DNA of 64,000 nucleotides from Heteronotia binoei (GCF_032191835.1 NC_083239.1:31000001-31064000), one strand, 5' to 3'; numbered from the stretch's first letter, positions 1-12,331 are shown. Program-made: numbers and translations. Notes: generated from the letters alone by a model not told the origin.

Positions 1-1714
1 ATTATTCTATATTGTCAATAATTCATGAATACAAGGTATAAAGCGCAGAGAAGAAATTTTCAAAAGTGCTTGCAGTTCATTATGTCAATTTCTGATTTGA
101 GATGCTTAGAGACTATTCACTCAACTCTGTGGGACAAATAAAGTGCCAGTGCCGACTGTATCCCAGATGCAGACAATTTTGGTTTTCAAAAAAATTTTTT
201 CATCAATTTTCAAGATGATGCTTTAAACCTTCATCATTTAAAGAAGTTTGATATATAGTGGGTAATCATCAGCCTCTAACAGTAAAGCCTGTTTCAAGTT
301 CCTTCGTTTGAGAGACGTATCCCACTTATCTGTAACCAAAAAAGTGCGTCATTCTAACATGCATTTCAAAAATTCATATAATTATCTTACTCACCCGGGG
401 CATCACAACTCACCAGCACACACCGAAACACATTCCTGTGACACATTCTTGTGCTTTTGACTACACTCCTCTTTCTACTAAAATTCGATCCATAATAAAG
501 CATTGGCACCTGCTGAGTGATGTGCCAGGGTGCAGTAATAGACCTTATATAGGACTTTGAAGAACTCATAGCATAAGAGATTTGATCGTGCACTCAGATA
601 TCAGGAGTAATAACTGAAGTAACACTGAACCTGAAGTGGGAAATCTTCCATGTGGCAGGTGCAAAGTCTGCCCTCTAGTGATACAGACTAAGGAGTTTGT
701 ACAACCTGTAAGTGGAATTAAAATTAAATTGAAACATTTCAGTTCCTGTTTGTCCAGAAATGTGGTATACGCAGTCCTGTGTGGCTGTCCAGGAATTTAC
801 ATAAGCAATACTACTAGACAAATATGGGTCCGGATCCTGGAGCACCAGTTTCAGGTTTGTCTTAAAAGCATGGAGGCTCCTCTCACAGAACATTATGTGT
901 CCAAAAATCATACTGATAGGGACATGAGGTTTTGTGTTCTGTATAAATATCAAGGGACAAATAAGACTCAAACTGAAATCCAAAGGATACTCTTAGGGAA
1001 GAAGCTACCCTGATTTTTCAAATGAATGCGCTAGAACCCATAGGTTTAAATTCAGCCCTGGATCTATCTTGCTTCTTATAATTTAAGTTACTTTAGGATT
1101 TAATCTTTACTTAGAATTGTAATGCTGTATAAACGATTGTGTTCAGGTTCCCAGCCCTTGGTTTCATCATATGTCGTTTTAAATTTTTACTAGCTGTTTT
1201 CAGTTGCAATGACAAAGGTCAGATTGTGCAGGAAGATCCTTTGAGATTTTCTCCAGAGCTAGTGTCACAGGAATGTGTTTCGGTGTGTGCTGGTGAGTTG
1301 TGATGCCCCATGTGAGTAAGGTAATTATATGAATTTTTGAAATGCATGTTAGAATGATGCACTTTTTGGGTTACAGATAAGTGGGATACGTCTCTCAGAC
1401 AAAGGAACTTGAAACAGTACTACAGGCTTTACTGCTAGAGGCTGATGGTTACCCACTATATATCAAACTTCTTTAAAAGATGAAGGTTTAAAGCAACATC
1501 TTGAAAACTGATGAAAATTCTTTTTTGAAAACCAAAATTGTCTGTATCTGGAATACGGTCAGCACTGGCACTTTATTTGTCCTGGGGAGTCGGGTGAATA
1601 GTCTCCAAGCGTCTCAAGTCAGAAATTGACATAATGAACTGCAAGCACTTTTGGAAAATTTCTTCTCTGTGCTTTATACCCTGTATTCATGAATTATTGA
1701 CGATATGGAATAAT
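1..1714 (+). mobile_element. 5'-truncated Penelope-like element (PLE) with long inverted pLTR arms (1-444 vs 1262-1714), in FBL intron 2
   Basis: 1-444 is the diverged reverse complement of 1262-1714. Between them lies a disrupted ORF: ...IRSIIKHWHLL...RDLIVHSD...PCGRCKVC...CLSRNVVYAVLCGCPGIYI..TTR...RILEH, then frameshifted IFQMNALEPIGLNSALDLSCFL*, the PLE linker plus GIY-YIG endonuclease. The left arm runs off the window edge. Confidence 0.85.
445..1081 (+). pseudogene. Disrupted PLE ORF C-terminus (GIY-YIG endonuclease)
   Basis: In-frame stops at 558 and 615, frameshift near 1000; CxxC, NVVY-x2-C, YI-x-x-T-x-R, RI-x-EH and GLN motifs. Confidence 0.85.
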
Positions 1715-2100
1715 ATGTAATTTTGTAGTATTTGTAGAATAATTATTTATATTTTGAAGTAACTTTCAGGATTCATTTGTTATTTTCCACAGTTTTTTGC
1801 GGTTGTTGTATAAGCTCCCCTGGAGAAAATGGCTGCTTTGAAGGGTGGGCTCTGTATGGCATTGTACCATGCTGAGGGTTCTCCCCTCCCCAAACCCTGC
1901 CTTCTCCTGGATCCACCCCCAAAGGTATTTTCCAACGCAGACCTGATAAACCTATATAGTATAAATAAACGTACAGGCGCAGGCTGATTATTTTTTTCTA
2001 GCAAACACCAAAACATATCTTAAGCAAAAGACTAACAAATACAAACAAAATATAATGCGAGCAATTATTTAAGGCAAGAAGGGGAAAAATAACCACTCAC

Positions 2101-2163
2101 CCCGTCCTCCTCGGAAGCCACCGCGTCCGCCGCGATCCCCACGCCCTCCACGAGGAGTAAAAC
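2101..2163 (-). CDS. FBL: Fibrillarin exon 2 (GAR/RGG domain: (G)FTPRGGRGDRGGRGGFRGGR)
   Basis: ttgtag acceptor and gtgagt donor, 63 nt, phase 1-1. Joined to exon 1 it gives MRAGFTPRGGRGDRGGRGGF, matching the fibrillarin N-terminus (human MKPGFSPRGG). Confidence 0.85.
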
Positions 2164-2320
2164 CTACAAGGGTAGAGACGCACCCCCCCCGCAAAAAAAA
2201 TCGGTAAGTAAACACGTGTCTTCCCTCCCTGCCTCCCCAATTCCCACGTGCATGCATTGCCCTACGAAGACAATAAGAAGGTACTCCCACCCATCCATTT
2301 CCCATCCCGCTCCTCCTTAC

Positions 2321-2330
2321 CGGCCCGCAT
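2321..2330 (-). CDS. FBL: Fibrillarin exon 1 coding part (ATGCGGGCCG, MRA-G)
   Basis: 10 coding nt followed by a gtaagg donor, the 10-nt first coding exon known for vertebrate FBL; lies in a CpG island. Confidence 0.8.
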
Positions 2331-2859
2331 TATTGGAGTGAAGTCAGAAAACACTGGCTTCGGAACCACGCGCCCAACACTCTTGGACAGGAAGATTCTA
2401 CAGAAAACATGCGTTAAAACGTCGGAGGCGCACCGGAAATGCGATAGAAGATAAGGCGCGGAAATTAGAGAGGACGCGCGTGAAGGCTTATGGGTAATGA
2501 AGTCTCTTTGCACCATGCGCTTGCGCAGTAGTGTAGGTGTGTCCTCCGTCTTCGCCTAATTATGGCGTCTTCCCCCCGCCCCCCCCCCCCCGCAGATGGG
2601 GGTCGTTGCATTTGTTCTAAAGTAGAGTTTAGACTGGAGCCCCCGGCAGTGGGGCGTCGTGATTTGTAATACGGTTTTCGATACAAGGCCTCGGTTTTAG
2701 GAGCATAAAGAGTGAATGGCAGGTTGCCTTTTGAGTATGTACAGAATGCTTTCTGGGTGGGGCCAGGGGATCTCCCGGAACTGCAGCTCATCTCCAGATT
2801 ACGGAGACCAGTTCCTAGGGTTGAGAAATATCTGGAGATTTTAGTGGTGGAACCTGGGA

Positions 2860-3187
2860 AGGGAGAAATGGATGGGACTTCGGTGGCATATAATACCATA
2901 GAGTCTGCTTTCCAAAGCAGCCATTTTCTCCAAGTGAACTGATTTTTGTCACTTGGAGATCAATTATAATAGCGGGAGTCGCTCTCCAGCTACCACAGGC
3001 TGGAAGTTGGTCACCATAGCTGTTCCCCTGGAGCAAATGGCTGCTTTGAAGGGTGGACTCTGCAGCATTGCACCCCACTGAGGTCCCTGCCCTCCCAAGC
3101 TCCACCCTGCAAATCTCCGGCAGTTTCCCAACCTGGAGGTGGTAACCCCGCCCCTTGGCGGTAGTTAGGAGGACCTAGCAACCCCTA
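2860..3187. mobile_element. MITE remnant(s) of the TAGGGTTGCCA-TIR family
   Basis: Shares the ccctggagaaaatggctgctttgaagggtgg core and gcaacccta end with copies at 23.9, 27.8, 50.7 and 63.2 kb. Confidence 0.55.
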
Positions 3188-3429
3188 ATACTTTCCCTGC
3201 CTCTTAGCCACGTGTGCAGCTCCGTATGTGATCTCTCTACACCTTAGCTTATCCTACCTCAGGTGGTTTTAGGAGTGCAGAACCATGCATCCCGTTTTTT
3301 TCGGAAATGTTGGATTGAGAAAAAAAAAGGTAATAACCCAGGCCTTGGTGGTTTAACAAGGCTTTGAAATTCCTCAGTCACTACAAGCATCAACTACTTT
3401 AGCAAAGCTAGATATATTGTAATTTTTTG

Positions 3430-3815
3430 AACATATGAAGCTGCCTTCTACTGAATCAGACCCTGGGTCCATCAAAGTCAGTATGGTCTACTCAGACTGG
3501 CAGCAGCTCTCCAGGGTCTCAAGCTGAGGTTTTTCATGCCTATTTGCCTGAACCCTTTTGGGTTGGAGATGTCGGGGATTGAACCTGGGACCTTCTGCTT
3601 ACCAAGCAGATGCTCTACCACTGAGCCACCATCCCTCCCCTTAAAGTGAATCAGACCATTGGTCCATCAGTCAAAATTGCCTACTCAGACAGGCAGCAGC
3701 TTTCCAGGGTCTCAGGTAGTGGTCTTTTACATCATCTCCCACCCAATCCGTTTAACTTAGAGATGCCAGAGATTGAACCTGGGTCCTTCTGCATGCCATC
3801 CCCTGAGCGATGGTC
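3430..3815 (-). mobile_element. Two adjacent tRNA-derived SINEs (Squam2/Anolis SINE2-like)
   Basis: Minus-strand head ggggagggatggtggctcagtggtagagc...ggttcaatcccc with pol III A/B boxes; other copies at 34.5, 40.7, 54.8 and 56.3 kb. Confidence 0.7.
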
Positions 3816-5044
3816 CCTCACTTATGTATTCATTCCCTTATTTAATTCATTTGTACCCTGCCTTTCTCCTCAGAATGGCTTGTGTTGTTTTCCACTCCAG
3901 TTTACCCTCATAACAGCCACCTGAGGAAAGTTAGGCTGAGTGTAACTAGCTAGAGGTCAGGTCCACATGGGCAGCCGTGTTGGTCTAAAGCAGGAGTCAA
4001 AATTCAAACCCAGGCCTCCCAGAGACTAGTTGGGACACTCTTAACACACTGGCTCTTTGTTGCTGTTGTGAATGCCTTCTGTACCTTTCTTATTTGAATT
4101 TGACATATATCTCACCCTGTTTTTGCCTGTTTGGCACCACTGCTCACATCCCCCCTCTTCATAACTTCTCTCATACATTGCCTAGTGAAGACTTAGTACA
4201 TGCATCTGACATACTCAGTCCCAGAAAGAAGAACGTAAAGTCTTTCAAGTGCTACCAGGTTCCTGCTTATTTATACAATTGATAACAAGTATAACAAGCA
4301 CTCTTGTAACTATTTTTCTAGGCCCTCTTCCACCCAAGCTCCTCCCCCTGCAGTTACACCCCCGCTTCCAGTATGCTGATCATGGTAGAGATAAGAATTG
4401 CATTATGGCTATCCCTAGATAGGATCTTGATGGTGAGATTCACTGAGCCCTGTGACTGGGATCATTCTTCACTGAGTATATCATTCTTCACTTCTTCCTA
4501 GTTAGGAGTGGGGGGTTGTGGAAGCCAAATTTGCACATTGAGCAAAATATATTCAAGAATTTGGAACAATTTAAAAAAACACCTTTTGATCTAGCAGGAA
4601 AGATTAAGGAACAGTGCTTAACATCTATCTGGTTGATTTTCTACAAACAGTTGAAAACCTAGGACTGTTGAATGGGGGGAATTTGCCTTCTCTTTAATCT
4701 TTATCAGAGCGTGACAACAGCTCATTGATTTCCATATTGTCTCTCTGTGTGTGAGTTAATTATGCAAACGACATGAGATGCACAATACAGATTCCTCAAA
4801 TCTTGATGGATTCATCATGACTGGAGGCATTTTGTTTCATACCTCACCTTTTCCCTCTAGGGGACCTAAAGCAACTCACATCATTCTCCCCACTGCTTTA
4901 CCTTCACAATAACCCGGTGAAGTGAGTTTCTCTGGTGGTGGGGTTTCAATCCTAAGCCAACATCACACTGACTTGAGGCAATTGTACTGTGAATTTCAGA
5001 ATGCAAGTTTGGGAGATGTAGAGTAGATCTGAGTGCAGTTCTTG

Positions 5045-5132
5045 GGATTCCATGGGGATGTCCCTAGTGCTTTGTATGCTCTGTGTGTGGATTCCATGGG
5101 GATGTCCCTAGTGCTTTGTATGCTCTGTGTGT
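5045..5132. repeat. Perfect 2 x 44 bp tandem duplication
   Basis: ggattccatggggatgtccctagtgctttgtatgctctgtgtgt occurs twice back to back. Confidence 0.9.
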
Positions 5133-7239
5133 AACTAAGGCAGATGCAGTAAAAGTATGGCAAGGCTACAGTGTTCACTTCTCCAAAGCCAAGCAACTCA
5201 CCCCCTGGAACTTTTTATCACTTGGGAAGTGTGTTGTGCTGCGCAACAATAACAAAACACACAGACACCCAGGATGGTTTTTAATAGGCAGGCATGTAAT
5301 TTTATGGTTATATGTTTACATCTTAAACTGTAATCACAACAATCATACGTTGCCTTTGGATATGAATGATTCAAAGTACCACAAAATTAACAAGCTTTTG
5401 CATTTCGCGGAACTCTTCATAAAATTAGATATTTTGTATAAAAACAAAACGTGTTTCAGCACATTACATCAAAGCACCTATTTTGCAGTTCAAAGTCTTA
5501 AAATAGAACACAAAATGTGTTGCTGTCTTGATCAGATTAAGCGGCATTGGGTGTAAAACAGTTTTCAAAATGCAGCTCTCCTTTTGCGAATATGAAAGTT
5601 CTCAGTTAATCAGACATCTTAGTAGTAGTTGAAATACATGGGATTCTTGTAATGCAGAGAGCAGAAGGGGGAAATGTGTTAGTCCTTCTGTTTTAACAAA
5701 GCAGGAGATTAACTTTAGGGCTGAAGCCAGGCATGCATAGCCTTTTACGTAAAGTTACAGTATTCAAAAGATAACATTCATAGCCCCTCCAGATTCTGAA
5801 GGAAGCTTAACAATTCTCTGTACAACCGTGGAACAAACTGAAGTCCACTCCGTTACTTAACGTTTTTCTCCTAACCTCTACAGTTAAACAAGCCCCCTTT
5901 CGTATGTTTTGATTTGGCCCAGGAATTGCAATCCCCTCTCCCCCGCTCCCCGGCTCTATATCTCTAACAGATGCTTTAATGAATTTTGAGGAACACGTGG
6001 CCAAGTTGAGCAATTGGATTCACAAACTAATAATTAGTTTCCGGAAAAGCAATTTCTAGGTCTTGATGGCGAGGCAGATGACTGCTGCGACTGTGGATCA
6101 GGGCCTTACGACATGCCAGTACCTGCACAGGGAGCAGCTTCCCTAGAAGAGATCAGGGCTCCTAGGAATGAGGGAGGTACACAAACCTTCCTTTAGCACT
6201 GGTCCAACTAGTTCAGTAGTGTCTATTCTGACTGGCTGTGGCTCTCTAGATTCACAGGCTGTAATGTCAGGAATTGGTGTTCTACCACCAAGCCAGGATC
6301 TGTTTTGTCGGGGAACATTTAAATTTCTTGGGGGCACTTAACTCAATTATACATGATAAAATTATCTTTGATTTAATTAATGACAGAACATCCATTTGCA
6401 CAGAAACCCCTCCTACTCCTCTCCTCCCCCCCCCACTTTGGAGGGGATGGCACCTGCAGCTCTCTCTCTCTCATCTGCTCCTTAAAAAAAAAAAAGGATC
6501 GAAAGGAAAGGAAAGGAAATTTAAAGCTTTGCCCTTCCCTGAAGTGGAGGCTACTGAGGCAGCACCAGCATGGCCAAGTGAAGGCAATGTCTGCTCATGA
6601 CTGCACTGCAAATGCTGATTTTGTACCACAGGCATATCAAGAGAGGTACATGGCTGGTGAGGGTGGCATCTTCTGCTGCACCTGCTGTGGCCCAGGCATT
6701 GCCTGGAAGGGCTGGATGTGAAGTTGGGGGGCCTTGGGAGGAAGTTGGGAGTCCAGACCCCCAGAGGCCCCACTGAAGCTATGGGCCTGCCAGTGCCCCT
6801 GCCCAAGCTAAGGTACCTTTTGCTCAAGTCCATCTAGCTCATCTACATCAGCCATTTGCAACTAATTGTGCACATATCATCAGTGGGATGCAATCTAGGT
6901 GGGACTCAGGGTTTTCTTAACACTTCCAGGGAATTTGCTATCCTTCGGTCTTCCTATCCACCTGCAAGGGTGAAATGCCATCTCTTGCCATGGATTATCC
7001 AACTGTTATATGTTGCATGCTAGCAGTAACTATGAACACTTGGGTGCTTCTCTTAATCCCTGTTCTTATTCCTCATGCCCACCAGCAAGTCTCTTTGAGG
7101 AGCCGCTTCCTGCCAACCCTACCTGCTAGGGAGTACCCGTTAACACCAAAGTGATGAAATTTATCTCTCATGACTGTACTTCCATTTTAATGTCATATCT
7201 AAACTGTAAATGATAAAAATAGCATGAGAACATGTGTGT

Positions 7240-7400
7240 AAAGAGCCATCAAGTCACAGCCAACTTATGGCAACTACAGCAAAGGGCTTTCAAGGCAAGT
7301 GAGAAGCAGATGTGACTTGCCATTGTCTTCCTCTGCAGAGCCTTCCTCAGTGGTTTCCCATCCACGTTTTGATGTTGCTTTGCTTCTATGATTTGACAAA
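7240..7400 (-). mobile_element. Degenerate 5S-headed SINE
   Basis: catcaagtcacagccaacttatggc...caaggcaag...ggtttcccatcca matches the better copies at 34.0 and 50.3 kb. Confidence 0.55.
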
Positions 7401-7479
7401 ATTGGCTATTTCATGCCATTGTCCCTCCCAATAACAGAATGCCTGTGATCATGTAAATACTGGCTTAAGGTTCATTTTA

Positions 7480-8160
7480 GGGCTGAGCCTAATAGTCTTA
7501 TTGCCTGCTTGTTAAGGGACTCTTATACTTCAGTTTGATCAGTGGCCCTTCTGTCCAAACTTAACCAATTAGGTTTGACTACTGATGATCTGTCTACTTC
7601 TGATGAATCATATATTAAGGAAAAAGTACTTGATTCAGAGAAATTTAAATTATGCCCAACTAACCCTAATGTCTGCTCTCCAGCTATCTTAGGTTTGGAC
7701 ATCTATTGCGGTAAGATGCACAGATATTTGACTGATATAGTGATCCTTACATATTGTAGGGCTTTTATGTTGGCCAGATTGAATGCATTTCCAAGGTCTT
7801 GCAGGGGAGGTATCTCCACATTCCTTTTCATGAAAGACTCTGTTCCTGCAGTGCAAACTCCCCTGATACAATTTTTCACTTATTAAATAATTATTATCTA
7901 TATGAAAAAAACCCATCAGGAATTTTCGCAGATTCTGCCCTCCTACCATCAATCAGAATGATTTGTCTTTCTGTTAATTTTTCCTGAACGGCTCTAATTC
8001 AGAAATTACCTGTGCTGTTGCAAAATTTTTGGCTGCCATTCTCCAACACAACTCTGGCTATGCTTGATTTTAGGTCTAATCTACGTTCAATTCTGACTTG
8101 TCTTGTCTATCCAAATCTTTTCTGTATTTTATGCTATGCCATTAAAGGTTTGAAATTGAA
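7480..8160 (+). mobile_element. LINE ORF2 3' end fragment (RTE-X-like C-terminal Cys/His domain)
   Basis: RAFMLARLNAF / GRYLHIPFHERLCSCS...DTIFHLL across a frameshift, followed by an attaaaggtttgaaattgaa tail. Clade assignment is tentative. Confidence 0.55.
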
Positions 8161-8878
8161 AGTAAATACCTTTTTCAGAAAAACTTTTTAAAGCTGTCAG
8201 AAAGATCTGTTTTAGCTCAACTTTGAGTTCTGGGCTCAGAGCAGTAACTTTTACTTTTTAATTGCCTGTGCAAGAAAAAAAAGAGTCGATCTTTTTATAT
8301 TTGAGACCTGTTGGTGCATGATGGTACATGGGATAGTCGCTTCTTTAGCAGGGCCCGTTCTCACTCCCCCCCCCCCCGGAAAATTCCTGTAAAAAAATGT
8401 TCCATCTGAATGCAAACATGATGCTGGTTTTGCTGGGCAGATCCTGTGAGCTGGAGACTAGACTCTTATTGCTGTTCCTTGATCACAGACCTCTCCTGCC
8501 CAAACATCCTATACCCTGCATCTCCTTCCAAGAATGTAAGAAAACAGATGCACTGGAATCAGCTCAAGGTCTTCTAAATAAATCTCAACTTAAGCAAGAG
8601 GGTGACACAGCTGGAAATGCTGTCTCCATCTGTTTTACTCATGAGCTGGGCTCTGGTTCTTGGGCACCATGGATGGATTGTCTCCTAGCCTCCTTGCCAT
8701 ATCTGGAGCATGGGATCCATGGCTGCTTACACAGTGCTTTCCTTTTGAAGAAAGCTTATCCTAGATTTCCTATCTTGGTCTCACATGTTCCTCAAGAAAG
8801 GGAAGCTGCATAGCTCCATGTGGTTAGGAGAGTAGGATCTTCAGCCTCGTTTCACAGGCTGTGTCTTCAAGTGGGATG

Positions 8879-9004
8879 TTAAAGCGCATCGTGAATCCAA
8901 AAGCGAAGCAGCTCTTCCGGGGGCTGCACGTGCACAGACATGTCACATTTCTCGGCTTCCTCTCCCCTGTAGTTCAGTATCCCGGCAGATGATTCTGTGA
9001 GTTT
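8879..9004 (-). CDS. IL20RB: IL20RB last coding exon (cytoplasmic tail KLTESSAG...PPEELLRFWIHDAL*)
   Basis: ccgcag acceptor, phase 0, TAA at 8881-8879; resembles the human tail ...SPEELLRAWIS. Confidence 0.9.
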   Translation of the reverse strand, partial: KLTESSAGILNYRGEEAEKCDMSVHVQPPEELLRFWIHDAL

Positions 9005-9555
9005 CTGCGGAAAGGGGTGGGCAGAAAAGTTTACTAGGGGAAAGGACTAGCAGTGCCATCCTAAGAACACTTCCTGGGAGTTGTCTCATCAATAGGCTTG
9101 AGTAAGATCTTGGTTAGATCTGCTTAGGACTGCTCTCTAAGAACCTTCCACTGTGATGCAGAACGCAGAGAAGGAACACTTAATCTTCAGTGCAGCATTC
9201 TGGAATCTGTAAAGGGGTTCTTTATAGTAATGCTCTCCTTGATCCTGACAAGAGCCCTGTGAGGTAGGCTAGTTTGCAGATCAGACACAATGAGAACAAC
9301 TTGCCCAAAGGCTACCCAAAGAACAGACATTTCAAACCTACTGATCATTCAGTTTCTGGTGCCCGGCTTTTAAAAATTATTGTGCAAAAGGTATATTGTA
9401 CCTTGATTTTTCCTTGTTAGTATTTTATAGCTTTATTGAATTGATTCTTTATCTATATGTTACTTTTGAAGACTATGGCAAGGGAGGGGATCCTAAATCC
9501 AAGTATGCTAAACAGTATCTTGCTCAGTATTATAATTTTTAAAAGGAGTAATTAC

Positions 9556-9701
9556 CAAAGTGTCTGGAAGGCCCTCATTTGGGCAACAGGAATACTGGCA
9601 GACTTGGCAGGTTTTCCAGGCCAGTAAGAAAAGAATAAAAACAGCCAGCACAAAGGCAATGAAGAAAATTGGAGCAAATATCACCGAAAAGGCTTTGCTG
9701 T
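9556..9701 (-). CDS. IL20RB: IL20RB transmembrane exon (...IFFIAFVLAVFILFLLAWK...YSCCPNEGLPDTL)
   Basis: tttag/gtaat boundaries, 146 nt, phase 1-0; hydrophobic helix plus the YSCCP..LPDTL box. Confidence 0.93.
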
Positions 9702-10853
9702 CTAAAGGCAAAAAAGACAGTAAGTTATTAAGGGTGAGAAAACAGACATGGTGGAGACCACACACATCCATCCATTTAGAAAATGCAAATAGTAGCCTCA
9801 ATTTGCATCAAGGACATGAGAAGCAGGGTAGGGTTAACTCTTCAATCACTTAGATTCCCTAATCAAAACTAGCTTTTTATCTAGCACACTACCCTTCCTC
9901 CAAGTAGAGCTGCCAACTGTCTAGAGCAAAAAAAAAAAAATTCCTTAATTAGTGCCTTAATAGGACATTATTTACCAGGTTATGTTACATACTTCCATGC
10001 CAGGCAAATCATCAGCTGCCTGCTTTCACACATTAAGTCTCTATTAAAGGGAGAGAATATTTTTCTCCAGGCTTGTCGGCAACTCTACCTTCAAGAAACT
10101 CAAGGTGACTTGCATAGTTCTCTTTCCCCCCATTTTATCCTAAGAACCACCCTGTGAGATAAGCTAGGCTGAAAGTGAGTGGCCCAAGATCAACCAGCAA
10201 AATTATGGTAGGTAGGGATACGAACTCCAGGTCTCCCAGATTTTAATCCAACTGCTACACCACATGGGCAGAACTGAGTGGCCATGGAAGAGTTAAAGCA
10301 CTCTCCTTGTAGGGTCAACACAAATGGAGATTGCACAAACCTGCAATTAGCATGCCATTAACTGAGATAGCTGCCTGACCTAAGGAGGCCAAAGACCATG
10401 GAAAATAGGAGGGGAATGGTACTGGTGCTAGTGCATTGTCTTTACATGGGGACAATAAAGGTATGCTGGTAAATTGGAGAAGGCTGTATCTGGTTTCCTA
10501 TCCCAATTCAGAGATGCTGAGAATATGTCTTTTCTAAGTCATTTTGATGCATTTCTCACTGATATAACACCCAAACCTGAATGACTGAGGCTAGCCTGGT
10601 CAGATCTTGGAACCTAAGTAAGGTCAAAGCATAAACCAGCCTGGGACCCTGGAGAGTTGGTACTAATCAGATTAGACACAGTATCTATATAAGGCAACTT
10701 CTGCGGATTAGGGGGACTTGATTTGGATTCAGGCTGTGCCATAAACCACAAACAGCAGTCAGAGGTCCACAAAACCTCCATTTCCATTCAGTGCAACTGC
10801 ATGCCCCTTGCAAAGGAGCACTGCAACTGAAAGGGCATCTACCCAATGCTTAC

Positions 10854-11004
10854 CTGCGGCCTTCACACATTGCACCTGGCTAAAATTGCTGCTGCGGTTG
10901 ATTGCCTCCACGTAGGTTTGTGCTTTGACACAGTACTCGGCCCCAGCTTCCATGGTCTCCAAGTGCACAGTGGTATTGCTGTCTCTCACGACTTTTTCAT
11001 ATAC
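10854..11004 (-). CDS. IL20RB: IL20RB exon (VHLETMEAGAEYCVKAQTYV...QCV)
   Basis: ctag/gtaagc boundaries, 151 nt, phase 0-1; near-identical to human VHLETMEPGAAYCVKAQTFV. Confidence 0.95.
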
Positions 11005-11761
11005 CTAGTTTCACATAATTGGGTAGAGAAAAGGTTCAGAAAAGGCCAATACAAATGATCAAAGGGTTGACACTTTTTTTTAAATTCCTTATTATTTTTT
11101 TCAAGGTTACAGGTTAAATATACAGGTAAATTGCTTAAGGAATAACCATAATAACTGTGAGAGTTGACACTTTCTGTGTGCTGAAAGGCTAAAGAGTTCT
11201 AGGGCTTTTAAGTTTATTATATTATGCATCAATGTCATTGCATTAGGGGCACTGCACAGCAACATCCCTGTTGGGAGGGGGGATCCCCTAACAGCCAGTT
11301 GGTCTGCGGTGGGAAGAAACTGGAGGATAACCTCCTGGTAGCTCACAAGCGTAATTCAGACTGTGTGTATATATATATAAAACTTTTTCCTCCCTTTCCT
11401 GAAAAACTAGAACTTGGGGTATCGAAAGAAGTCAATGAGCAGTAGACTCAGGAGAGACAAAAGGATGGACTTCTTCCCATCATGTTTAATTAACTAGTGG
11501 AATTCACTTGCACTCTTGGGGTGAATCACACATGAGTTTTCCTGTTTAAAAAAACTACAAATGTTGGGGTTGTGTTTAATAATCTCTGTTAATCGGGGTG
11601 AATTTCCAAGCAGGGTTGCACTGTTTGTTGCCAGAATTCATAGTGAAGTGGCTCTAGAACATTTTTTCTGCCAGCAAACTGTCACCTGCACATTAGTAAA
11701 TGCTGCCCCCAGACACTTTACTACTTACAGTTTTATTTCTGTAAGCAAAACTTATGATTCT

Positions 11762-12092
11762 ATAAGAACATAAGAGAAGCCATGTTGGATCAGGCCAATG
11801 GCCCATTCGGTCAACACTCTGTGTCACACAGTGGCCAAAAAAAACAGGTGCCATCAGGAGGGCCATCAGTGGGGCCAGGACACTAGAAGCCATCCTACTG
11901 CCCCAGACAGAGTTCCATCAATATGCTGTGGCTAATAGCCACTGATGGACCTCTGTTCCATATGTTTATCCAATCTCCTCTTGAAGCTGTCTATGCTTGT
12001 AGCCACCACACCTCCTGTGGCATGAATTCCATGTGTTAATCACCCTTTGGATGAAGAAGTACTTCCTTTTATCCATTCTAACCCGACTGCTT
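11762..12092 (-). mobile_element. CR1 LINE 3' end fragment
   Basis: (cataagaa)n tail complement plus the conserved CR1 3' region; same family at 56.6 and 61.1 kb. Confidence 0.8.
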
Positions 12093-12206
12093 GGTTTTTG
12101 TTCTTTAAAAAAATTGGGGAAAGGAATGAAAGAGCTGAATGTAACAAGCTGAATGTAACATATAGTTTCTCCATCAGATAAGACCGCATATGAGACCCAA
12201 ACTTAC

Positions 12207-12331
12207 CTGGTTTTCCTGGCCCTTCCTCCAGTAGAGTACTAAGAATTCAAAAGCAGGTCCCAGGTGCTCTAGTTCCACGAGCAAGTGATACCCATCAGCC
12301 ATGACAGTCAGCATAGGTGGAATGAGGGATG
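12207..12331 (-). CDS. IL20RB: IL20RB exon (SLIPPML...DGYHLLVELEHLGPAFEFLVLYWRK)
   Basis: cacag/gtaagt boundaries, 125 nt, phase 1-0; matches human DGFHLVIELEDLGPQFEFLVAYWR. Confidence 0.95.

Larger units (their letters stand above)
2080..2700. promoter_or_regulatory. CpG-island promoter of FBL: NRF1-type site TGCGCTTGCGCA (2516-2527), E-boxes CACGTG (2213, 2245), ETS-like CCGGAAA, GC boxes
   Basis: High CpG density against a CpG-depleted background; motifs read directly. Confidence 0.75.

Noticed and set aside
1508-1543. CUGAUGA...GAAAAC...GUC as an intact hammerhead
   Set aside because: Stem II is weak, stem I does not pair, and the other arm reads UUGAUGA. Kept only as a possible remnant.
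2552-2672. Short plus-strand ORF (MASSPRPPPP...) divergent from FBL
   Set aside because: Only ~35 codons through a poly-C tract; the ATGGCG is better explained as a YY1-type promoter motif.
5083-5556. 157-aa ORF
   Set aside because: No motifs, AT-rich UTR-like composition, and it starts inside the tandem duplication.
8397-8813. 138-aa ORF antisense to the IL20RB 3' UTR
   Set aside because: No homology or splice support.
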